Position numbers and translations under genes: made by a program
Part shown: positions 38,678 to 51,365 of the stretch, in pieces
Position numbering within the stretch: the stretch's first letter is position 1
How the letters are laid out: each line of letters opens with the position of its first letter
The notes under the pieces: generated by a model
The model's input: the letters and a program-made list of their open reading frames with translations, nothing else
Told to the model about the DNA's origin: nothing
Database searches by the model: none
Source: Octopus vulgaris
Lineage: Eukaryota
Assembly: GCA_951406725.2 (NCBI GenBank)
Contig: OX597829.1
Location: 28,210,001-28,274,000 of the forward strand
Length of the DNA stretch: 64,000 nt
Direction of reading: 5' to 3'

Positions 38678-39665
38678 TCTCTTATGATAAAAGGCAGATT
38701 TTCTCTGCCTGTTCCCATGTTTCTTTTTAATACAATTCTACAATATAGAATTTCTTCAATTGGAATTTACCTATGATTTTTCCAAGTAGATTCGATTGGG
38801 TCATGGCATGTAAAGTTTTTTCAATTTGACCCCCAATTAAGCAAAAATTCGAGAAAACTCAATATTTTACGATTTGCCTCTCTCATTTCAAGTGCTTCAC
38901 TCCTTCCATTACCACCACACTTTCTCCCACTTTTCTTTGCAAGTGTGCAACAATTAAAGTGAAAGTATTTATATAACAGGGATGAGCCATTAATACTGGT
39001 CATCCTTTTGGCTAGAGGAAGATCCGCTATGGTCTTATATGCTACACCACTGGTTTTCAATTCATATTAATCAAATTAATGTTCATTTTTTCACCCTTAT
39101 TATGTGTGTGTGTGTGTATTAGCAATTCGTATAAAATTGCATCAATGACTTCAACTTGAATAAGTGGTTCCATATAAATGGGGATAAATTAAAAAGGTTT
39201 GTTGTTATTATTATTACTGTTTGACTATTGTAATCACATTTGTTGGTTCCTCGTCAGGGAAACATTGTTGTGTTGCATTTGTTAAATAATTGTAAACCGT
39301 AACCCTCCCCCTTTCGGAGAAGGGGCTTTGCTTATTGTTTAAAAATTGAATTGTGTCCCTGTTTGGGGAAATTGACAATATTTTCACCATCTTTAAGGAA
39401 GCATTTTTGTTTAAATGCCTTCGATAGAAGAAAGTCCAAAAATGAATTTCGCTGCAGCCGTACACTTCTATACAAGAGGGAGGACAAGATCCAATTGATC
39501 AAAATTGCAAGAGATGGGCCTACAATTCCAGTCTGTTATATATTTTGAGCATTGTTATCACTAGTGATATCAAGATATAACCTTGTATTTTGTATTTTAT
39601 GTGTAGATGTATATATATAGATGTACATGTAATATGTACACATATATATATACACATATATACAT
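38678..39665 (+). mobile_element. Helitron-like 5' portion sharing internal modules with 42911-44849
   Basis: A|TC start. 39119-39665 aligns with 43640-44808, with deletions. Confidence 0.55.
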
Positions 39666-39730
39666 GCATAATATATCTACCCATATGCACACACACACAC
39701 ACATAGGGACAGGTGTGGCTGTGTGGTAAC

Positions 39731-42051
39731 AAACTACGTTCGAAGATACTGTACTTGATATGGGCGGTAGTGCCTTGCCGGTCTATGGCCTACCTTCAAC
39801 AAACCGGGAAGGCACAAACACTCTGTCTTCACATTTGCTGCATGAGACATGTTTTAATGTTGATCTTGCCGAGTAGCTGACAATGAGCCAAAGCTCCTTC
39901 CAGAACAGAAGTTCGCTTACAACTCCGTTGTTAATTCAGTCCGGGCCAAAGCTGGGGGGATTTTTTTCCTGGACGCACTGGGAAAACTTTTGTCAACAAA
40001 TTAATATTGGCTGAGATTAGGCGAACACAAGGCATTGCCCTAGCTGTGGCATCATCTGGAATTGCGGCTACTTTGTTGCCAGGCGGCAGGACAGCTCACT
40101 CCACTTTCAAGCTCCCGCTTGACTTAGCGAAGACTGAGACACCAACTTGCAACATCAGTAACAGCTCCGATCAGGCAGAAGTCTTCAGATGATACAAACT
40201 TATCGTTTGGGATGAATGCACGATTGCCCACAGAGGTGCTCTTGAGGCACTAGATAGATCTCTCAGAGACATCAAACACTCTTCAGCTCCCATGGGAGGC
40301 ATAACACTTCTTCTTTCAGGGGACTTCCGACAAACACTTCCCGTTATTCCCAAAGGGACTAGAGCTGATGCAGTAAGTGCGTGTCTTAAGTCATCCACAT
40401 TGTGGCCACTGGTGAAGACTCTCAAACTTCACACCAATATGCGTGCTCATATGCGACGTGATATCACAGCAGCATTTTCTCATACCCTCCTTGCACTTGG
40501 CGAAGGCAAAATACCAGGGGATGAAAATGGTAATATTGCCATCGATTCCATTTGTACCATTGTTAAAACACCTTCTGATCTCAGAGATGCAGTGTTCCCA
40601 GATCTACAAGCTAATTATCAGAATAAGGATTGGATTGGCCAAAGGGCTATTCTGGCCCCGAGGAATAAAACTGTTCACCATATTAATGATGAAATGCTAA
40701 AACTCATTCCTGGGGATGTCTATGTATATAAGTCTATCGATACAACTCCTGACCCAGAGGACGTCATCAACTATCCAATAGAGGTACTCAATTCCTTTGA
40801 GCCCCCCCTGACTACCACCACACATTCTCAAACTTAAAGTTGGTGCCCCTATAATGCTCATTAGAAATTTGGTTCCCCCAAAACAATGCAATGGCACACG
40901 TTTGATCGTTAAGTCCTTATCTCTCAATCCGATTGAGGCCACCATTATCACAGGGTGCAGTCGAGGCAACGTTGTGCTCATACCTACGATGCATCTTTTC
41001 CCATCAGGAGCAGATCTACCTTTCATATTTCGGAGTTCCCAGTTCCCAGTAAGGCCATGTTTCGCAATGTCTGTGGTGGGAATACATTTGGGAGAGCCAT
41101 GTTTCTCTCATGGTTAGCTTTATGTTGCCTGCTCGCGTGTTGACAGCAACAGTGATGCTTTCACATTCGTTCCACAACGAAAAACAAAAAACATTGTGTA
41201 CAAGGTTTTATAGGATTACTACGTTTCATCATTTTCGAACACGTTAGTATTTCACTTACATACACTCTTTTATGATGGCATTTACATTTTTAGGTGTTTC
41301 ATGACATTAATTCACACTTAACCAACACCTGTCCTTCGCTCACCTCTATTTCTATCCATTCATCATCAAACCACCAGCCTCATCTTCTATATCCAACGTA
41401 CATGACACATCTACCTGCTACATCTACACTCTCACTGTTAAAGTTTACATAAGCGACAACACAATCGCAACATACACTTTGGAAACTAAGCAACAGATCA
41501 TTTTATACAACAACAAATTTAATCATAATGCCCATCAATGAAAACATCTCCACTACTATGTTGTGATTCATCTATTCAGCACCACTACAGTCTTGCCGGT
41601 CTGACATATGGTGAGTAGATGCTATTGTTCTATATTTTATAAATTACCCATATTTACTTACCCATGCTTCATTCCCCTCTTGCCTACATAGGGCATCCAT
41701 TCTCTTTTAACACAGCATGAAGTTTTGTAACAGCACATCCGCTGCCGTTCGTGGAAAACGAAGAGACCCTATTCACCTGCGAACGTTTTACACCGCCTTC
41801 CACGACTATCAAATTCTTACAATTATGAGAACAATAACATGGCTCTTTTCAAGGCAACCTCGCATTCAATTCTTACACCATTCTACAAGGGGGTAGGAAC
41901 CCCTTTACACGGCTTTCTATACACTTACAAATACATTCATTCGCCGTAAACTTATATCAATATTTGCCTGAATAATCATCATAATTCAGTGCAATCATTA
42001 ACAGTACTTTCAAGCAATTCAGCCCCGAGCATCGCCGGGCAATTCTGCAAG
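39731..42051 (+). mobile_element. Helitron 3' half with a pseudogenised PIF1-family helicase (about 39731-41210)
   Basis: ALAVASSGIAATLLPGGRTAHSTFKLP; IVWDEC; GDFRQTLPV; RAILAPRN; CNGTRL; QFPV; CFSHG*LYVACSRV. The 3' hairpin CCCGAGCATCGCCGGG is followed by CAAG|T (CTAG variant). Confidence 0.9.
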
Positions 42052-42910
42052 TATATATATAAATGAGGGGAAGAAATAATGATGTGACTTAACACTTGAA
42101 TCATCATAATAATTTGGTGTCAGATATGATTATGTGTGTGTGTGTTTGTGCAACAGCAAAATCTTTCCACAGTACCTTCTTATAGACAATGTCTTCACAT
42201 GTAAATATATTCACACACACATTAAATATATAATCAAAGAAACTGATTTCCTATATAATTTGTTTTCCTGCTACCAGGTAATAGCTTGTTTGAATCCCAG
42301 AAAGTTTTAGCATTAGAAGTGCCAGATATTTTTACTCTCCTTCTTTCTAGGAATGTGTGAAAACTTATTAGGAAAAACTACATAAAATATCAAATAATGG
42401 AATTCCTCAAAAGGAATCATTCCAAAATTCATGGTAAAAGACCGTGAAAGTTCAACATTTTTACCTATTTTATTTTGCATAAAAAAAACGGTAAATTAAA
42501 AACTGAAATGGGTTAAAAATAACTCTCCCTTTCGGTAGGTGCAGTGTTAAGGACAAACTGAACCAACAGTGAGAAAGAAAAATAAAGGCAACAGAAAATT
42601 GATGGAGTTGTTAGGGTGTTAGATAGAAAGCATTACAATTTTTGTTACAATTCTCTGTGCTCTGTGTTTCAATCCCATCAAAGTTAACATAGCGCTTATT
42701 TGTTGTTGGTGGTGGGGTGTGTGTGTGAAAAAAAAGAACTAATCCAGGATGGCATGAGGTGGTATCAAAAAGTTCCCAGACTGGTTATCTTTGATAAAAT
42801 ATAACTTATTTACCTAAGTTTTAACATCATCTCCTTTGAAATAGTCACCTTGCACAGCAATACACTGGTTCCAGCATTCCTACCACTTTTGGAATTTGGC
42901 CTGGAAGTCA

Positions 42911-44849
42911 TCTCTACACTTGCGTCAGAAATTAATTAGCACTTCTCAAATTTCTACATTAAATAGGTTAAATTAATTAACCTATGAGCTGTTCAAAACG
43001 TCTTACGCGATGAGAAAACTTAGTATGGTGTGATTTCGGTCCTTGCGAGGCACTACCTATATCTATTAAACAAAGGAAGATTTGTCTGCATCCGCACTCC
43101 AAGTTGTTGTTGCACTGCTATGTCAACATCATAAGGCTGTAGACTCTCAAACTGCTCTGCAAACAAAGTTACGTCATCGTTCTGCGCAACAAAGCAATAG
43201 TTCGAGATATGGCCACTAGGTGACAGCACATACCTTGAGTGAAGAGCAAATCAAGGGTGCTAATTAATTTCTGACAGTAGTGTATATATATAAAACTGAG
43301 AATGTGTGTCTGTCTGTCTGTGTGTTTCCTTAAAACTTGAGAACTACACAACCAATTTCATTCAAATTTTACACATGCCTTACTTAGGGTCCATGTAGTT
43401 TCATGGGCAAAAAAAATGTTCAACTTCTTGCCTAGGGCGAGCCCATAGCAATATCATATCTTCTCCACTATTTTAGTATTATGTGTTAAAAGTGAAACAA
43501 AAACGTTTCTCTATTTTATGTCAGATACTTTCACTTTAACAATAAAAATTACAGATAATAATAATTGAATTATATGTAGTAAGTAATAATTAAAATCAAA
43601 CTAAAGTATAATGTAATCGTAACATAAAAAAAAAGTAAAAATAGCAATTGGTATAAAATTGCATCAATGACTTGAACAAGTGGTTTCACATGAATGGGAA
43701 TAAATTAAAAATAAAATTAGCGTGCAGAAATGGAATAGTCCAGATGGAGCTGTGCACATACCGTTTACCATGGCTTTTACATTAGATTATCTGCTAATTA
43801 GCTAACATTAAGTATCTATATGAAGTTTGGCTGTATGTAATGTCTGTTTTCTCAAACAGCCGCTTCTACTGAGTACTGCTGTTGGTTTATTTCTTATACA
43901 TAAAGGACTATAGCTTCAACTGCGTACTGCTTTTTGATTCACCGTAAGGTTTGTTGTTATTATTATTATTGTTTAACTATTGTTATCACGTTTGTTGGTT
44001 CCTCGTAAGGGAAACATTGTTGTGTTGCATTTGTTAAATAATTGTAAACTGTAACCCAAGGAGCTTTGGTTATTGTTTAAAAATTGAATTGTGTCCCTGT
44101 TTGGGGAAATTGACAATATTTTCACCGTTTATACGGAAGCATTTTTGTTAGAATGTCTTCGATAGAAGAAAGTCCAAAAATGAATTTCGCTGTAGCCGTC
44201 AGCGGGCGCGAACTCATTATAATTAAAATGGAAGAAATACAAACCTATTTGGGATTGATCACCGACAAAGACGGTGAATCTAGGATAACACCACCAAACG
44301 AAATAAAAAATTAAATTAGAGGAAAGACTATTGTCTATAAAGTATACAATGTAGAGAAAAAAAAAGATTTGAACACCTGGATGAAAGCACCATCGAAAAG
44401 TGTCTTGGTGCGACTATGAAAGATATCTAACCAGAAGTGGTAAATTCGCCACAAGAGAAGCAAAGTTCGAGTCAACAGAGCGTGCAAGGGAGTACTCGAC
44501 TCGAACCTTGCAAAGTGGAAATATTTTATTTTTACCTTTATATCTGGGACGTAGGACGTCCCGGATAAAAATTAAAAATGTCCCCCCAGAAGTAGAGGTA
44601 GGCTGGATTGTAGCCACACTTCTATACAAGAGGGAGGACAAGATACAATTGATGGAAATTGCAAGAGACGGGCCTACAATTCCAGTCTGTTATATATTTT
44701 GAGTATTGTTATCACTAGCGATATCAAGATATAACTTTGTATTTTGTATTTTATGTGTAGATGTATATATATATAGATGTACATGTAATATGTACGCATA
44801 TATACATGCACTAACACTATGACCCAGCAATGACGGGTCATAATGCTAG
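42911..44849 (+). mobile_element. Non-autonomous Helitron carrying a LINE ORF1-like fragment
   Basis: Inserted between A(42910) and T(44850). Starts TC and ends with the hairpin GACCCAGCAATGACGGGTC then CTAG. No TSD. Confidence 0.8.
42917..43282. mobile_element. Tc1-like MITE inserted in the Helitron 5' TA run
   Basis: TA-flanked TIRs CACTTGCGTCAGAAATTAATTAGCAC / GTGCTAATTAATTTCTGACAGTAGTG. Confidence 0.75.
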
Positions 44850-45889
44850 TTTTCTATAAGTGAGCCGAGGACCTTCTGCGATTCACTCCAGATTTTGACA
44901 ATGGTGTTAAAATAGTGACCTTTAAGCTGCATTTTCATCTTGGGGAAGAAATGGAAGTCCACACATGCTAAATCTGGTGAATAGGATGAGTGCATAAGTG
45001 ACACCATATTGTTTTTGGTGAGAAAATCACGAGTGAAGAGAGCTTGGTGACAGAGTGTATTGTTGTCATGAAGAATCCAATTTATTGTGCCCCACAGATC
45101 TGGTCACTTTCACCTAATGTCCTCCCTCAAACACTTTAAAATGTCGCAGAACTCTGGATTGATGGTCTAGCCCTGGGGAAAAAATTTTTGATGCACAGTA
45201 CCACATTTCCAGGAGTGACACTCAGGCAGGTCTTCCAGATTGCTCATCATCATCCAAGGATGTTTTCCCACTTTCGAAGCATCTGTGCCACTCAAAACAT
45301 TGCGTACAACCCATTGCCCTGTCGCTGTATGCTTGCTGAAGCATGCTCAATGTCTCTGTAACAGACTTACCAAGTTTAACGCCAAATTTTCATGTTGGCT
45401 CTTTGTTTCAACTTCCTGTCCAGCATGCACATCATCACAAAAACACAAATTTCACAACTTGCAAAGTAAAGACAGCAATGTCACTTGGCACACAAACATC
45501 AATGCGAGCTCTCACTGCACTTGCAACCATGTGCTGCCATCTGTTGGTGTGCTACAGAACTAGTCCCGGAACTTTCTGATAGGTTAGTAGAATAGTTAGG
45601 AGTATCAGGTAAAAAGTCTTGTACTATCTTTTCTCTGGATTTGTTCATTCTCTGTTCAAATTCTGCCTTTCAAATGTGTGTGTATATTGTTGTGACCCTC
45701 TTCAGTCATGTATGACCATGGGATTACACCTAGAACGTTACCCTCCGAGGCACATGTCTGGGCAAGGTTGTTTATGGAAGACCAGCAGTTGCCTATGCAT
45801 ACCAGCCTCCTATCTTCATGCTACCGATATTATCCAAGGGAAAGGCAAAGGCTGATACAGCTTGGCACCAGTGACGTCACAGCTCATTT

Positions 45890-46196
45890 ATTAATGTGCA
45901 TGTGGAAAAGCATTTCACAGACACATGTACCCTTACCGTAATTCTCGGGGAGATTCAGCATGACACAGAATGTGACAAGGTTGGCCCTTTAAATACAAGT
46001 ACAACAGAAACAGGAAGAAAGAAAGAACGTTGTGGTGAAAGAGTACAGCAGAGTTCACTCCCCACCCCCTGCCGGAACCTCATGGAGCTTTAGGCGTTTT
46101 TGCTCAATAAACACTCACAATGCCCGGTCTGGGAATCAAAACCATGATCCTACGACCACAAATCCGCTGCCCTAACCACTGGGCCATTGTGCCTCC
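45890..46196 (-). mobile_element. tRNA-headed SINE, family D head with family C type-1 tail
   Basis: Minus strand GGAGGCACAATGGCCCAGTGGTTAGGGCAGCGG... The tail GTATTTAAAGGGCCAACCTTGTCAC...GGGTACATGTGTCTGTG matches 10678-10760. Confidence 0.75.
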
Positions 46197-46209
46197 ATGT
46201 GTGGGTGTG

Positions 46210-46248
<39 letters not shown>

Positions 46249-46722
46249 CAGTGATACTTCTATCAGGGGTTGCAACTGGCAGATAGGTTCTCCAATTAGA
46301 AAACCAGTGGAAACGTAACTTCCTTGATTTGACTGGAAGATTGACTGATACTGCCCCTACCACCACTACCACTGCTACCAGAAGATAACGAAGGCAATGT
46401 TATTCTGATCTTAATCCATTACTGCATGAAAAATAATTTCTATCATTGCCCTCACAATAGTTGTTGCTGTTGTTCCATTCATTCATTTTCGCTGCTCTCT
46501 ATTCCTGGAATGGTTGTGGGGTATGGTCTTCAGGCACCTCCTCCATAGGGTCCTGTCAGAATCAACTGTCTTTACAGTTTCCTGTTGGATTCCCAAGTGC
46601 AACCAACTGAGATCATGGATATTATCCAACCATCTCATTCTTGGTTTAATCCCAAGGTCTCTTTGCTGGTTGCCTCAGCTTGAAGAATCCATCTGTAATT
46701 CTTTCCTATAACTTTCTAATTA

Positions 46723-47208
46723 CCGTAAATCCTCGAGTATAATCCACATTTTTCCCCCCAAAATTTAAGGTCAAAATCCCTAGTGCGTACTATATAAGAG
46801 GTTAAAAATGAAAAATATTTTCTAAGCAATGTCCGAGTCTCTATTTGCTGTCTAGCAATGTTTATTCAGATGCATTTTGTGATGTCGAGCGCGAAAATAC
46901 CTTAAGCTAAGCCTGAAAGCAATGAAGTCATAAAAGAATCATCCATAACTTGCAGTAAGCAACATTTATTAAACGTTATTACTGTTATTTCTTTATTTAC
47001 TGCAAACAAAATGCAGAAAAAAGCTACAATAATAATAAAGGACGTTACCGCATACAGTTTTACAAACCAAGGACGTTATATAGACCTCCTTGACTCAAGT
47101 TAGAGAAGGGGTGCGTATTATACACGAGGTTTAAGTTTTTCAGAAGTGCAGCCTCCTAAAAATCCCGTGTATTATACTCAAGGGCGGACTAGACTCTAGG
47201 ATTTACAG
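46723..47208. mobile_element. pogo/Tigger-like MITE
   Basis: TA|CCGTAAATCCTCGAGTATA ... TAGACTCTAGGATTTACAG|TA; interrupts a LINE-like relic. Confidence 0.7.
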
Positions 47209-47332
47209 TATATGTGTCATATGGAAGCTTCAACTTCTCAGTGTTGAGAAATAGCAGTGTCATTTCAATTTCTTTTTACACGGTATGGAGAGTGAGTGAG
47301 TGAGTGTGCGAGAGAGAGAGAGAGAAACCATA

Positions 47333-47390
47333 TTTATTGTAAATGTAAGAATACAATATACAACAACAGATTAAATACAAAATGTTTATT
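47333..47390 (-). promoter_or_regulatory. Candidate ILK polyadenylation signals (AATAAA at 47385-47390 and 47333-47338)
   Basis: TTTATT on the + strand, at the distal edge of a SINE-free AT-rich block that follows the ILK stop. AATAAA is common in such sequence, so this is tentative. Confidence 0.35.
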
Positions 47391-50302
47391 TAGTACACAG
47401 TCAGCAATAAGTTACATTTAGTTTTGTCTTTTTTAATCAGCAAAAAAATAAGACCTGGATACCTGAGAATTTTTTTTAATATTTAATTTTGTTATTTTTT
47501 TATCTTTTAAAGACCTCTTTTGTTAAATTAAATTCAGGAATGAGAAATATCCATTTTTATTTATAATAAGATAATGAAGGCTAATGTGTTTTAGAGAGAG
47601 GTAAATAGAATGGGATAAGTAGGTGTTGTGACATTCATCCCTTTCCCATGAGCACTAGTGACTAAATGTAAGTGAAGTAAAACAGTTTAATCTAAAAAAA
47701 AAGGGGGGTGGGACTCCTAAGCAATTAGCACAGCATTGAGTTTAACATTTAAGATACAAGAGAGCTTGCTCAGAATATTTTCTTTTCTTTCCAAATTTAG
47801 ATTTTTTTACAAGGTGTTTAGTTATTTAACAGCCTGATTGAGCAGATCAATATTAAAGACATTGGTCAGGTGTGATTTGAAGCAGACTACATTATTTCTA
47901 GATCAAGTGGGGTTCCTTTACTAGTCATTATCACAAGATTCTAGAGAATGGCATTTTCATAAGAAACTGACCCTGCCACCCCACCCCCACAAAAAACCTA
48001 TTTTTGTTGTCATCAGTATCAGCAGCAGCATCATCATAATCATCTGTATTCTTAAAATAAATATTGAAATCTATATTACTAACACTGCTATAGGTTAACA
48101 ATGTCAATCATGGACCCTGGAACCTGCACAGAATTAAGCAAGTTTATTACAATCCATTCTTAATACTTAGGAAATGAATAATAAAGGAAGACCAATGTTC
48201 TTCGAGTAAGAACATTTACAAAGATTGTATCCTGAAGTTACTGCTCAAAATGTTTCAGTTGGAACGCAGATATTTTCTTCTACTTTTCTAAACTTTATCA
48301 ACTTGATCCTTTTGTTGCTGTCATTGTTGTTATCACATTCTGACTAATTTGATCACTTAGACAGATCATTTATTAAGCAAAAAAAAAAAAAAAGTATAAA
48401 AAGAGATCATGACTTATTTTTAAGGTTCCACATCTCAGTCTTAGAATGAATTGTAAAATTATATTCCAAATGTAACTTGGCACCATTGTTATGTTTTTTT
48501 GTTTTTAAAAATTTTTTTTACCTACTAACTAAATGAAAAGCATTGTCATGAAGTCTAAATCCAAGACATGTACTAGCCAAAATATATTTTGGTAGCAATA
48601 AGGCACAAAATATTGATAGGAAATCTTGTCAAATGTTTAATTTCAAATCTACAATAGAAATTGGTTAAGCTCTGTACCAGTGTTACAGCAGCAGAAAATA
48701 ATTAATCAGAGCAAGTAACCTTTAATTCTTCTATTTCAGTATTTCTAATAAAAATACAGTGCTATGTGTTTTGAGACATTTTAAAAAATAAAATTAAATA
48801 ATAATAAAGCATTAAGGAACTGTTTAGTAAAATATTTAACTAATTTTTTTAAATATTGAAATAAAATTTTGTAAATGGTTCTTATATTATGAACATTTAC
48901 CTACTGATATATTTCAATAACAAGATTTTGATTTCAAAATGGAGACTTTAATATGGGCGGTTTCAGGTAGGTTTATATTAAAAGACCAAGGGTGGTCTTA
49001 ATTGGATATCGAAAATGGTTAAATAGGGTTAAAAAAACAAAAAAACTTGTTTAATTTTCATAACAATTAAAAACTACTATTAAGGAAATAATTAGAATAA
49101 AAAATAGTTTTAAAAGCTTGCATTTGATAAAAATATCTTTATTAAAATTAATGAAACAATAGCAAGTTTAAAAAAATCTAAAAAAAGTATGAAAAATAAA
49201 ATGGCTATTAATTAAATAAATGCTTTTTTTCTCTTTTTAAAGTTTTTTTCACTTTCTTTGAAATTTAAATTGGTTTAAATAACATGCTTAAGATTTAAAA
49301 TTAATGAAAAATAAATGATTCAAAGGAAAGATTTATGAAATCCAGATGAAAAAGGCTTTAAGTTCTTCTTTTAGTTAAATTTAAAATACTTTTTTAAATA
49401 GAATTTTTTTCTTTAAGAAAGGTGAGATATTAATTAACTAAGAAAATAATGAGGTAATATTAAGAGGGGAAGAAAATTTTAATTACTACTTTATTTATGT
49501 TGTATTCATACCGATTTGAATCATTTTCCAGAGTGTTTCAGATTAAGAATGAATTACCAATTTGGAACATAGTGGAAGGAAGGTTCCAGATTAAAATAAG
49601 TAATTTTCGGGAAGCTTGTGTAAAATGTAAGTGTGCATGTGTTTCTGAGTGTACAAATGAAAGAAAACAAGATGTATTTGAATTTCTTCATGTAATTGAA
49701 GTTGAGGTTTTCTTGCCAGATTATAAGCCATCAAATAAAATGAATGTGTGTGTGAATTTAAAAAACAAACCTTTCCAACTGAATTAAAAGAAGCAGCACT
49801 AACATTTCTAAAGGTAAAACTAATCATATTTAAAATTTAAGTTTAAGTGTGTCAGTAATTCTTTTATAATTTGATGACATTTTTAACAATTGTATTTAAC
49901 AATTTTTTTTATAATATTAAAATTTTTTTTTAGTTTAAATATAAGATTTATAAGACTTTAAAATAATAATTAAAAAACCAGAATAATTAATTAATATATG
50001 GATTGCAATCAATCACAATTATAGAATTAGTAAAATTTAGTCCTGTTGTGCTGTAATTAGCAACTATGTTGTAATTAGCAACATTTGTTTAGTATCAGTT
50101 TATATACATCGATATCAACATATCTCTATAAAATCTCTTTCTGGTTGTAAATATTTTCTCAAAAGCAGTAATATAATATATAAGGGTGTAGACAATTCAT
50201 GTAAGGGTGTAGATAAAACATAAAGTGTATAGATAATTCATTTTAGTTTTATATATATATATATATATAGTACTCAATTCATGTATGAAAATATTTAATT
50301 TA

Positions 50303-50349
<47 letters not shown>

Positions 50350-50418
50350 CTTCAGAAAAATTAATGTTTCCCTATCAGAATAATAATTTTCTAAAATATA
50401 TGACGAAGTGTTTGTTGT

Positions 50419-50571
50419 CTAACTAGAATGTCGCATCTTTTCCAAGATAGGAATAATCATGTCAAACTTAGGGCGGCGGCCTGGTTCTTCGTTCATGCAG
50501 ATCTTCAAGAGTGTACTCATGTGTGAAGATATTCCTGGTGGAATTTTGATTCTTAAATCTTCCAGAGTAAT
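50419..50571 (-). CDS. ILK: Integrin-linked kinase, last coding exon
   Basis: ttcttag|ATT...TAG; [50 protein letters not shown], the ILK C-terminus. Confidence 0.95.
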   Translation of the reverse strand: MTLEDLRIKIPPGISSHMSTLLKICMNEEPGRRPKFDMIIPILEKMRHSS

Positions 50572-50937
50572 CTAAGAAAAACAAGCAAGAGAAACATTAA
50601 GGTGAAACAGATTTACAATTATAATTGAAAAGGTTGAAATAATTCACTGTAAAATATCCTCACCTCTCCTCTCCACTTTTTCAAACAATTCTATCAATGA
50701 TAATAATAATAATCCTTTCTATGAAAGGTACAAGGCCTGAAACTTTGAGGAATGGGGCTAGTCAATTACATTGACCCAATGTGTAACTGGCATGTATTTA
50801 ATCGACCCTGAAAGGATGAAATGCAAAGTTTGACGTTGCCAGAATTTGAACTCAGAACGTAAAGACAGATGAAATGCCACTAAGCATTTTGCCAGGCAAG
50901 TTAACAATTCTGCCAGTTCACCACCTTATCAATAATC

Positions 50938-50994
<57 letters not shown>

Positions 50995-51234
50995 TTATTA
51001 GCACTGTTCAATCACTGAAAACAGGATTTCTTAAATTTGTGGTACATTTCAATTAATTTTTCTTCAATGCCTTCTATAATTTATTTTGTAATCATTCCTT
51101 AAATTCAGCAGTTAAAACATGTAAAAGGAAAAAAGGAAATTTTTTTCCATAGAAATATAAAACCATTGTGAATGAGAAGAGTAAATAATTTAAATAAATA
51201 TGTATAGCAACATAAATGAAAAAAAAAAAAATAC

Positions 51235-51365
51235 CTTCATTCCAATTTCCATTGGCGAAAGGTCCGCAAATGGCACCTCTCTTGTTTCCATTTCCCACAA
51301 CAGAATAGCGTAACTCCACATGTCTGCAGCCTTTACATTCATCTCTTCAGGTTTTTTCTGCAGAG
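51235..51365 (-). CDS. ILK: Integrin-linked kinase, penultimate coding exon
   Basis: tgaag|CT...AAG|gtattt, 131 nt; (A)[43 protein letters not shown]. Confidence 0.95.

Larger units (their letters stand above)
42755..45582 (-). mobile_element. Mariner-like element split by the Helitron at 42911-44849
   Basis: TIRs TATCAAAAAGTTCCCAGACT (about 42769) / AGTCCCGGAACTTTCTGATA (about 45562). Minus-strand transposase remnant WILHD.NTLCH...HPIHQI. Confidence 0.65.

Noticed and set aside
39210-39262. Minus-strand CTGACGA...CAAACAGTA hammerhead-like motif in a Helitron module
   Set aside because: No convincing stem II or stem I, GAAA is absent, and the sister copy near 44000 lacks the core.
40007-41117. 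Host PIF1 helicase gene
   Set aside because: Intronless with stops and frameshifts, and followed by a Helitron-type 3' hairpin; it is a Helitron relic.
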